A DNA stretch of 52,565 bases, filler included, from Sphacelaria rigidula (taxonomy: Eukaryota): assembly GCA_964200075.2 (NCBI GenBank). It is 2 parts of 2 records of this genome, joined end to end, with 100 filler letters (N's around TTAATTAATTAA, not from the genome) between each part and the next. Parts side by side here need not be neighbours in the genome. Positions count along the whole stretch, not along the records: positions 1 to 26,250 come from CAXNAA020000145.1; positions 26,351 to 52,565 come from CAXNAA020000146.1. One strand, written 5' to 3'. The notes under the pieces are model-generated. The model did no database searches. It had not been told where the DNA came from and saw only the letters and a program-made list of their open reading frames with translations. This document shows, one piece after another, positions 25,008 to 36,381 of the stretch (position 1 is the first letter of the stretch; every line of letters starts with the position of its first letter). Both the position numbers and the translations under genes were made by a program.

Positions 25008-25528
25008 CCCCAAAAGGGCGAGTGATCGCACAGGTCGGAATCATCGCACCCCTGTGCAATAATAAATCCAAGTTGGGAATGAGTTTATGTGGTTTTTGCA
25101 CAGGGGTGCGATGACCCCGATAAAGATCCCGCTTTTGGGCGTGAGGTTGCGTGCCGTCGCCTGTGGCCCCGGGGTACATATCAAGTCAGTATCGCACATA
25201 TCGGAGCCATCGCACAGGGGTGAGGTCAGAAGCAAGCAGTATCGCCCGTGGCGTGATTCATCCAGTATCGCACGTATTGAAGTTATCACGCAGGGCTGAA
25301 GTCAAATTACTAGTATTACTGGTGGTGATGTGTCCAGAATCGTACACGTCGGAGCACAATCATATGCATAATGATGGTAAAAAACAAGATTATTCAATTC
25401 AACTTCCGCACAGGGGTCGGAATCATCGCACATATCGGAGTTATCGCACAGGGGCGATAAGAAAGCAAGTTATGAACGAATTTTAAAAAGAGCGATCGTA
25501 CACTGTGCGATGACTCGCGTTTTTACGG
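25008..25528. mobile_element. TA-flanked (Tc1/mariner-type) MITE with internal ATCGCAC repeats
   Basis: TA|CCCCAAAAGGGCGAGTGATCGCACAG...CTGTGCGATGACTCGCGTTTTTACGG|TA; many internal ATCGCACA(GGGG) motifs in both orientations. Confidence 0.68.
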
Positions 25529-26127
25529 TAGTATCAAGGATTGAGTCAGCACTCCCGCAACCTTCCCGCTTTCATCGAAGGGTACTAAATGTTCAGGTAT
25601 CCCCCCCCCGCACCCTCTCTCCGTCTCTCACGCCTCAAGAAAAATGACTCGGGTATCGAAGTGGGACTCGGATCCCACAGTGTCGTCCTAACCTAGCATG
25701 AATGTACTCGTTCCGCCACCGGGGCGCGGTGACGACGTGAATCCATCATGAAATTGCTGCGGTGTACAACGTCACGTTCGTTGGCGGCTTGTGGGCATGT
25801 GGTCATGTGGTCATATTGACATGTTGAGTTTGTTCCGAGGCGCGGCGCCTCTGGAACAGGGTCGTTCGAATCTGTAGCTCGCTGCGAACTGCAAGTACTC
25901 GGCTGGTCTGTTGTGAGAATAGGACACGATCTGACACGTTGGAGGTCGTTCGGTGGGATAATGTTTGAACGTGCACGTGGGTACACTGATCGCTGTCGTT
26001 TGCGTGTCATTTTATCTTCGCTGCGTGATGGCGTAATGATGTGATGGTACTGCCGCAGGATCTATTGGCACTTCTGTGTGTCGGCGGGCGAGCTTGGCTG
26101 ACGGTTGTACCATTATCCAGGTGTGTT

Positions 26128-26250
<123 letters not shown>

Positions 26251-26350
26251 NNNNNNNNNNNNNNNNNNNNNNNNNNNNNNNNNNNNNNNNNNNNTTAATT
26301 AATTAANNNNNNNNNNNNNNNNNNNNNNNNNNNNNNNNNNNNNNNNNNNN
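26251..26350. other. Assembly gap with probable artificial TTAATTAATTAA spacer
   Basis: 44 N + TTAATTAATTAA (26295-26306) + 44 N = 100 positions. Confidence 0.92.
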
Positions 26351-26786
26351 TGAGAAACTAAGAAATTACGGATTCTGCATACTTCTGACGCTGACTACTG
26401 TAGTACAGATCACCATCCAGTATTGGTTCTGCAGTACTTAATGTTTTTCCAGTGTCGATACCCTGGGTATCCTGGAATACGGAGTATCATCAACGGTTCA
26501 TACCCTGGGTACTCAGTACATCCACTCAGTACTCCGAGTACAACAGCGGGTATTTGGATCAGGCCTCATCTGACGGTACAGTAAGGAGGGGCGTAGCGAC
26601 ATGGTTCCTGTGCTGAAATTATTCCTCCAGCTACCCCTTCCCGTTCGCCGTACGATGGGATGGGATTAGATGGGCCTTTGACGTGGGGTTGTTCGGTGAA
26701 AGGGTACTTCATGTACGCTGCTAGTCACCATTTTCTGTCGCGAGTATGCCAACTGGGACTAATCCACGGAGACGCTACCTTACCAG

Positions 26787-29700
26787 GTACACATGAAGGA
26801 GCAGATCCTCAACGGACTACTGCGCAGGAGAAATGCCGACGAAGACGAATGGAAAAACAATGGATCGCTAGACTCTGTGGAAGAACTTGAAAGAGCTTCT
26901 TCGATGCATGACAACAAATTAGACTTGAGATATCGTGGCATGGATGGATTGGGTGACGAGCGCCGGCGCCGGGAGGAACTAATCAAAACAGGGGCAATCA
27001 CCCCTTTGGATGTCGGCACGGACAATGCTGGACCCCCATCTCGAATTCGGGGTCGTGTGTCTCTGATGGAACACAAAATAGCAGAGGGGATGGCTGTCAA
27101 GCTTCCTCGTGCTCGTAGGGCGGAGAAGCCATCCCCGCAACAAGCAAACAACGACAGCGGCTCTGAGTATGACTCCAGCATGAAGAGCAAGGGCGGCGGC
27201 ACGGCCAAGGTTGACTCTCGACAGCGTAAATATCCCGTCGACTCTCCTGCCGATGTCATGAATGGAGAAGAAGAGGCCATCGGGCAGGAGCAGAAAAGAC
27301 AATCTAGGAGCGTAAGTAACCCTGCGAGTACTGTAGAGTGTCCTATCTGCCAACAGCGTGTTATCGTCCAAGATCCAGCCCACCCTGACCGCTGCCTTAG
27401 TAAGCACCTAGACAGGTGCGATAGGAGAAAAGACCGACGAAGAGCGAGCGAACGGGCAAAAGAGGAAAAAGATGCGGGGGAGGGGGTGTCACGTCAGACC
27501 AGACTCTTACCGGAGCGAGGGGGGCGGAGAAACAGAGAAGGTGTGCAACGGGGTCTCGTGTATTGGAGTACCATAGTTACATGTGTTGCTGTGTGGTCCA
27601 GAGAGTAACGTGTGCGACGCTTGACCGACTGACCCTGACAGGAACGCGCGACGGAGTTAGCGAGCGAGCAAAAACTCGAGGTGATTGGCCAGGGGAGCCC
27701 AGCGCGGGGAAAAAGGCGCGCGGTGGCAGAGGACGAAAACCCAGCAGACGAGAGGTGTCGCCACAGCAGGGTTCGGAATCGATTGATGTGGATGTGGTGC
27801 CTGAGGCGCGTCAAGAAGTCATCGATGATTATGATGACGCTGACTTCGAGGCTCGTCAGGTGAGGCATGGTCAAGGGGGATACCGGGTATGGAGCCCATG
27901 TAGGGAACAACCGCACCGCGTGATATGCACGCGCTAGATGACGTTCGCAACTCCGACAAACCCACTGTCGATGCTGTTTGCTTTTTACGCAGGACCAAGT
28001 GCATGGGGCACTCTCGGCTGTCGTTGATGAGGACCACGGGTTCGCTGACGGTGTCGCCGATTTAGGCGACGGCCTCGCAATGGATAGCAGCATTGCCAAC
28101 CGGCTTTTTCAATATCAACTGACAGGTCGTGGCATCGCTCGTACTCTTGCTCTCAGTAGGCTAGCTTGGGTAGCTTGGTCATTTGTGTGTGGCGTCGTCG
28201 TCGGCTTGTTGAATTTTTTATACCAGTGGTAACTAACGTCATATACGTACTTGATATGTTTGCTCGGTTCAGGCCGTTTAGTCTACAATTGGTATGGATA
28301 GCAGCCATCTATCCACCTTCTTGCTCTGGAATTCATTTTTCAGGATACTTGTTTCCCTGTGTGTTGAACTTGCTAGGTGTTCGCTGGATGTGGCAGTTGC
28401 ATAGGCAAGGCGCGGGTGGCATTGTTGGCGACGAAATGGGCCTGGGCAAGACGGTGCAGGTATGCGGTGGGCCCTCTTTTGTGTATTTTTGTGTATGGTG
28501 GAGTCCCAGGCATTCACGCTCATAGTACACAGGACAAGCACATGTCACTCGGGGTATGAGTCTTTTACTGCCTTGTCGTTCTTGGAAGTTGCTGTGGAAC
28601 AGGGAAAACTTGTAAATTGCATTTGCAACGATTTATTGTCACGCGTAATGGTCCACCTTGTCTTACAAGCACGTCATGGCAGGTCGCTTCGTATCTTGGT
28701 GCTCTCCATCGCGGTGGTGTGGCGCGGCGTATGCTGGTGCTTTGCCCAGCTACAGTCCTTTCGCATTGGATGTCAGAGCTTCATGTGTGGGCCCCGCAGC
28801 TGAGGGTCGTTGTACTGCATCGCTGTGTCCAGGCTTTCAACACCGTCGCCGGGAACTCGGGTATGGAAATGCATTCAAACGTCTTTGAAATATGTGCTCG
28901 AAGACAGCGAAACTATTATCTTATTTGGAGCTGTTGAGAGTGCTGCTTTTGTTTACTCCAACAGGTCCTCAGCTGCGCGCCATCAACTACCCCGACAAGC
29001 CTGTCCGCAATGCGTTGCATGTCGAAACTAGTTTCCCTAGATATGAGATAAATGGCATCGTTGTTGCACGCATGCATACGGAAATATCTTGAACTGAGAC
29101 TTGCACCCGGGTAGGCCATCGGGGGTAGATACTTCCCGCGGTTCTGTTTTTTTCAGATCCACCCTGAGTCGGCGATTTTGTTCTTGTCGCTATTTTGATG
29201 TGACACTTATGACACTTATGGTGGTAACGTCGTTCTTTGATAGGATCCGATGGACGTGACCTCGAGGATTGATGGAGGTCAAAGCAAAACCGCTCGGTTT
29301 CATTGATGAAGCCACACACATGGCAAGAGCTTTACAGTAGATGCATGCTAGTGGCGTCTGGTTTGGAGTTCAACAGTCTAATCTTTGGTCCAAATTCACG
29401 CCATGTCCCCTGCATTTACTTTGCGACCTATGATGTTGAACCGTAGGGAAAATTCGAAGCTTCGTGCGACGAGTTCTGGACTGGCCCAATGTTGTGGTTG
29501 TGGCCTCGTATGAAGGTATGAAGACGCTGAAGGCGCTCCTGCTGCCATACAATTGGGACTACAGCATTCTCGATGAGGGACAACGTATTCGCAACCCTGA
29601 TGCTGAGGTTCGTTCCCTGCCCAGATCTACCAACGTCCGTGCTGCCCGAGTAGGGGATGTAGTTTCGCCACTCCAGGATGCACCCACCGGGTATTGCGTT

Positions 29701-32700
29701 TGAGTATGTCGGTTGCTACTCCATTAGATGATAGTTTTGCTGTCTTCGAGATTTCAACATGTTTCTTCCCGGTACACGCCTTGTATTTTGGTCTCGCGGA
29801 TTGGATCATGACCAGCACTGACTTCCCCACCCCGTCGGCTTTCGTCAACAGCAATGCCACGGTAGGGGTGAACTTTATTCTTTCAAGGCTCCTTCTTGTA
29901 GGAGCCTTTCGGTGGCAAATTTCTGGGCCTCAGTGTGCAGCTTCGGAAAACTTTTAGACTCAAAAGTGCACCCCTACCATGGCATCACTCTCAAACAATT
30001 TCAACAAGAGAGTTTCGTTTTGCTTCTCATGTCCTCACGCTTCCAACCATGGAGATCAGATACTTCGTAGAAGAAACCCAAACGCATCTATTGATAGCAG
30101 GAATTGAACCTGGGTACTTTGCATTTTGATGGTGTCAGTTGTACCATTACACCGCTGGAGCGGGTTGTTGTGAGAACAATCCGCCCTCCATTTGGTCCGC
30201 TGTCGCCTCTGTGATGAATGGTTACGACATTTTGTTAATATTGTCAGCCGTTGCCGTGTTACGTGCTCAGGTGACGCTCATTTGCAAGCAGATCAGGACT
30301 GTACACCGCCTGATACTGACAGGAACTCCCATCCAGAACAACCTGCGCGAGCTGTGGAGCCTGTTCGACTTTGTGTTCCCTGGTCGGTTGGGTACCCTTC
30401 CGGCGTTCGAGGCTGAGTTCGCGAATCCTATAAGAGTGGGAGGTTACGCGAATGCCAGGTAGGCCATGTCCCGCCGGTTGCCTTGGCCTCCGCGCACAGC
30501 GCGAACACTCGCCTGCTTCCCATCAAATACTCTACGGGTATGTTATTGTTGATCCATCTGATGCAAATTTTCCCCCCCCACTGGACGTGTTGTTGCTCTG
30601 TCACAGCCCTATGCAGGTCCGTCTTGCCTACCGCTGCGCTCTTGTCCTGCGAGACTTGATACACCCGTACCTTTTAAGAAGGCTCAAGAAAGACCTCGAG
30701 GACATCATTCAGCTGCCTCAAAAGACGGAGCAGGTACGGCATGAGATATCTGGAATAAAGTACAGTATGTCACCTGTGGTTCCATTCCATCTGACATGAT
30801 GTGAAGACATTCAAAGCTTTAGTTGTCGACACCAACGTTTCTTTTCCACTGAAGTTTTTCCAAAGGTGGGTTCACGTCGATGTCCTGTGTCATGGAACGC
30901 ATTGTGTACTGTAGCATATGTTCACACCATAACGTTCGGCCTCACGGAAGTTGATGTCATGTGTGATTTTGTGAGTTTTTTGTCCTTTTCTTCTCGTTCC
31001 CTCCGTCTCCCCCTCCTCTTTTTTCTCCCAATTTTCTTTGTTCGTTGTTGTATTCTTTGGTTGCCGCCATTTTCCCCTTGCTCGAGCTCCCTTCCTTCAG
31101 CGTAAATTTCCGTGTACCAGTACTTCTCGTGGGTAAACCTATTTTGTGACCACGGCTGTATTGGTTATGTCAGTGTGTTGTAATAGTATGTTGATACATG
31201 AATGAGTGCTACTGTTCATGTTAATCTTAGTGTCTGACAATGAATCAACGGATTTATCGATCAAGACTCACGATGCAATTGCCGTCCACGCGCGCCGCAG
31301 GTACTCTTTTGCCGTTTGACGTCCTACCAGCGTCACTTGTACAGCGAGTTTCTCGACTCAACCGAGGTGAAGAGTGTATTGAGCAGGACCATGCGTGCCT
31401 TCAGGGCTATTGGAATTCTGCGCAAGCTTTGCAACCATCCTGACCTGGCATGCAAGGTCGGGGAATCTGTGGCAACCCGGTAAGATCAAAGTGACTCGGA
31501 AACATGGTGCTCAGTGCTGACCTGAGAAGCACGCCAAGTTACATTTTGTTTTCGGAGCCCTTGCTCAGCACCCTGCACCCTGCTGGCGTTGGTATGAATG
31601 CTATCTTTTTCTACCAGGTTCGCGTTGAACACCGTTTGGACGAAAGCAAGTGACGACAGCGGGGACGAAGAAAACATGTACGAAGAGGCGAAGCACAGCG
31701 AACACGGTGCGCCGCAACGATCGGGCAAACTCCAAGTCCTGAAGCAAATATTGCCTCTCTGGCACGAACAGGTGGTGCAACGGTGCTTGTCGTTGGTCCT
31801 GTTCATACTTGGCAATCATGAGCTACCCTCTTTAAATATGGCAGCTGTGAGCCTCAAAAATCATGTACACCAGTTACGCTGATAAGTGCGTCTTGCTGTC
31901 TTGCTGTGTCAGGGCCACCGTGTTCTACTCTTCTCGCAGACTCGCCAAATGCTGAATATTCTCGAAAATTTTGTGAAAAGCATGGGCTGGTCGTACGGGC
32001 GTCTGGATGGCAACACCCCTGTCGGCAAAAGACAGGCAAGTTATGGCCTTGTTTTGCGTATCGTTTTACGACTGGTTTTCCCGGCATGTGCAACACGAAA
32101 AATATGTACTCCTGGGATCATGATCGCACACGCCGCGGGTGCCTTCCTCCGTTTGTTGAACATATCCAAGCCGCGGTCTTTTATAACTCCCAGACCATCT
32201 GTATCCATGCCGTTGCTCACCGCTCAGAATCTCATCAGGGACTTCAACGGCAATGACTCGATGTTCATAATGCTGTTGACGACGCGAACTGGCGGCGTTG
32301 GGGTCAACCTGACGGGCGCGGACAGAGTGATACTCTTCGACCCGGACTGGAATCCGAGTACGGACATGCAGGTCAGTATCTTTGCAGTACTGTCTTGATG
32401 ATCGCGTGATCTATGTCGCCCGTGCATGGCCGCACTGACAAGCGCAAGACCGACCTACTGTTGTAACACTAACTGCCACGTGCACATCACTACCGGAAAA
32501 GGCGTGGCACGGGACGCAGTTTTCGTACAGTTAACCCAACTGATGCATTCGCTCATATCACCATCAGGCACGGGAGCGCTCGTGGCGAGTTGGGCAACTC
32601 CGACAGGTGACAGTGTATCGTCTCATCACGGCCGGAACTATCGAGGAAAAGATCTACCACCGACAAATATTCAAGACTGCGCTCACCAACCGAGTGCTAC

Positions 32701-35527
32701 AAGTGAGAAATCAGACTGGTATGTTTCTTGATAATCCGTAGCTCGCTCTATTTATTGTTTTCGTTGTCTCGCTGTTTTACTTCATACTACCAGTAGAGCT
32801 CATCCCCCGTCCAAACGCGCTTACTCGATGATCGACTCCAGGACCCCAAGCAAAGGCGCATGTTCAGCGCTGACGAACTGGGTGACCTGTTCACTCTCGG
32901 CGATGACGGGTCCATGGATGGCTTCACGGATACCGTTGATTTATTTCAGGTGCAGGTGGACCAGACTGGGCCAGACCCTAGATTATGCTTTTAGAAAATC
33001 TGATCGCTGTGCGCACTTTTTGCTGCTTGGGAATGAATGCACCGAAAATTTTGAACGGCATGCCGACGCTCTGGGACAGTAGGATTTCCGATGCTTCCAA
33101 CAGCAGCGATTCCCTTGTTGACCGGTCGTCGCGGTCTATACTGACATAGCGGCGGATCTCGTGCGCCTAACATTTCAGGGGGAGGGAAAAGTCGATGCTC
33201 CAAGCCGAGATCGGCGGGAGTCGAATGAAAGGCGAACAAGGAAAAGAAATGCAGGCAGCGCGAAGCACCGCGGAAAGTCGGCAGGATCTCGAGACCGAAG
33301 GAGTCGCAGTCCGAACAGACCCGAAGACGAAGCGGAGGACGACGACGCAGAGCCTTCGGCAATTCTCGGTACTGCTACAGTTGTCCTCGAACCAAGTCAA
33401 GCTGGCGAAAATGCTGACGACACAGACGCGGAAGGGGGCGATGAGAAAGCCAAGAGTGACGACGCAGCGGTTCTGCAGGCACTGTACGAGGGTGCCCCGC
33501 TGTCTAGCGTTTTTCGTCACGATTTGGCGGAAGGTATGCAAGATTTTCGGTGACCTGTAACGGGAGACTCTTGAGTACCTGAGTCCCTTCTCGGTAGGGA
33601 TGACCTGCTTTCGCCAAATGCCGCTCATATGCAAAACAAGACGATTTTGCAAATCATCTTCCTTGTGATTTCGGTATTTGGTTTGTGCGCCTATTGGCAG
33701 GTGGCGGAGTGATGTCTGTAGAGCAAAAGCGGATGGAAGAGGAGGCCAAACGCGCCGCTCAAAGGGCAGTAAACCAACTGCGCATGTCTAGGCAGAACGA
33801 TCGGGCCGGAGCTGGTCAGGTGACACCTCTGGCTCGACTGCTGTATGAAGCTTTGCTCTGTGTTCGTACCCCGATGTTGTCAAGCACGATCGGTATTTAT
33901 GCTAGGTGGCATGTGTTGGACAGGGAGTCACGTCGGTTTCGGTTTTTCATGATAGCCTTCAGCATGCATTTCTCATGTTTTTGGCTGCAGTGCCGAGTAG
34001 GTACACGTGTCAGCCATATTGCCTTGCGAGTATGCCCGGCTTGGTTACGCTGGAGCAAAGTCACGGCACGGTGCTTTCTTCGCGTTCGAATTTTGCCGGT
34101 CTTCTTTTTCGCCGCTGCTGCACGTGCAGGGTGAGTTCCACTCGTCATGGACAGGTAGAAATGGCGGAGCTAGCCAAGCAGTCAGCGCCAACGGGAGCGC
34201 TGTGCGACGGTTCGGAAATGTTGTCATCCCAGGTTTGACCATCGGTGGATCTCGAAACGACTCGTCGGGAAAGGAGGGGTCATTCTTCGATCGTGAGCAA
34301 CGAGGCCCTGGGTCGGCGGATGGCCAGTCGACCGGGATGACATCACAGGTACAGGCGGACATTTCTAGTTATTTTTGTCGGCATTGCTCGGCGTCGTTCC
34401 TCCTCTTCTTCACGCGTTTCATATCGTAGAACGTGTGTTACGTGGAATTGTATCTGTGTTATTTCCCAAAGTGTTTCTCATTTTTTTCGTCGCCTTCATT
34501 CCTTGCTGTTTCCGTTTTCTCTGAGCAGGACGTTTTGCGCCATATCCGCGAACGAAGTCAAGCTCAACCAGCTCAAGCGCCGGGCTTATTTCCAGGTACG
34601 GTGCTCAATCACCATACAGAGCCGCACGGTGTTTGCAGTAGCAGATCCGGTACCCGCGGTCGATGAGTCTTGCTGTTCCGTTGATACTGTGGACATGCAA
34701 ACATCGTTTGACTTCCGCTCGTTCGTCGCGCAACTATCCCCCACCTTTGCAGAGTTTCAAGAACCTGCGAGCTCATCGAGTAAAGATGCCCACTACTCTG
34801 CGTTGCTGCAGAGACTACAGGTATATACGATACCATCGTCTCACTGCGAGTTTGAGTTTATTCTTTTGCCCATGTTTCGCCGGTACAAGATGGTAAAGTT
34901 CGATCGTTGACCTCATTTCAGGAGCAGCTCGATGTGTCGATTTCAAGCGTACAACGAAAATGACGTGCTTTTTCGGTTCTTCACGTTGGCGACAACTTCC
35001 AAGGCGTCGATTAATTGCGCGATGCAACGTACTTTGTCTTGACGTAAGTTGCAGTATACAGTTGCTGACCGTGTGGCGGTGGTTTTGCATAGCTCGTGTT
35101 CCTCGATTCGAACTACTTTTGACGTGAAACCATCCGGGGAGGAGGGGCTTCAGCTCGCTTTCAGAACCTCATCCCCAGGGGTGAAACTTTTTTTTCGCGG
35201 CCGTTGACATGTTTCTGTCACGTATGCTTCAATCGTCGTGTTGTTATCAAGTCTACTATTGCGCACCATGTGCGCGTTTTGTCGTGAATCCGACCGCGCC
35301 GTTATTCCGACTACGTGCCTTGTGTACGCCCATTACCATCGTTCAACTTTTATCCACAGGATTACTTGGCCGACGCGCCCTCTGGCATCGACACTGCGGC
35401 GTTGATCCAAGCTTTCGGGGATGTGCCTCGAGTAGATGTTCCAGTTTTCCGTCAGTTGCTGCAAGCGCTTGCAGTTTGCAACAACGGCAGGTGGAAGCTC
35501 CGAGAAGTGCCAGCTGTTGATGAGTGA
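26787..35527 (+). CDS. ERCC6: DNA excision repair protein ERCC6/CSB (Rad26)-like SNF2 translocase
   Basis: Exons 26787-27540, 27642-27859, 27993-28125, 28377-28459, 28683-28860, 29447-29607, 30271-30458, 30607-30733, 31301-31479, 31618-31771, 31913-32035, 32228-32371, 32568-32702, 32842-32949, 33179-33533, 33701-33819, 34130-34348, 34529-34595, 34753-34820, 35360-35527, all phase-consistent. Motifs: [190 protein letters not shown] and a C-terminal FRQLL...W winged-helix-like end. Start codon uncertain (ATG 26793 or upstream exons). Confidence 0.93.
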
Positions 35528-36381
35528 AGCGTTGACGGCGACATGCGTGGCATTATTGTGGTAACACCGCTATTGAAGTAAGGTGCCGAGGCTATGTAAT
35601 GAATACTGTAGGCCTTGTTGGCGCCTCAATTTTCGGGCTCCAATAAGTGTGCAAGCGTTGGTCACTTCAAAGTTGGATATAGTGAAGCCCATGTCTCTCT
35701 TGTTCTCGGGACACACGTGTTTGTCTCGCGTCGGCTCACAAGCCGGCAGTCAGCAGGGCCTCTCAACCAAGCGGCTGGAGAATTCACTGCCATTGTACTC
35801 ATCGATACCCCGATGCCCCGTGTAGGGGAGATACTCCCGTCACCTGATGTGGCTGATGTTTGAAAGGTGGCGCCGACAGTGGCCCCTTTATCGATCCTGT
35901 GATTCAAGTGTGAATGCCATCCAGCAGGCCAGGCTTGTAGTGTAAATAGGAACCCCATCGTCTTGTGCCGAGGTTTGGCACAAATGCTGTGTACCCGTGA
36001 TGTACGTGTCACTTGCGAGCCGTGCCAGCTGGAAGCAGTGCGACAGCTGATGCACACAGCTTATTGGAGTGGTTACAGGGTTTATCTTGTGGTCTCACGA
36101 GCCGTCGAATGATGGACTATTATGAACAAAATCAGATGCGCATGTCGTGCCGCATGCGCTGTTCCAGACAACAGTACAGTGGTCGTGTTTGTGCTACTCG
36201 TACCCGTCTACGAGCTGTAGGACCCTCCCTCACAGCCTGTCAGACAACGGGGAGATGCAACTCCGAACACGCATCGAAGTATGGGCACAGTGAAGTGTGG
36301 ATCCGCCAAAGCAAAAAGGGTGAAGCATCTTGGTTCCATCCTCCAGCCTCTTGTGGTGATATTTTCATCGGACGAACACCT

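Noticed and set aside
26295..26306. TTAATTAATTAA palindrome
   Set aside because: Centred in symmetrical N runs; looks like a scaffolding spacer, not biology.
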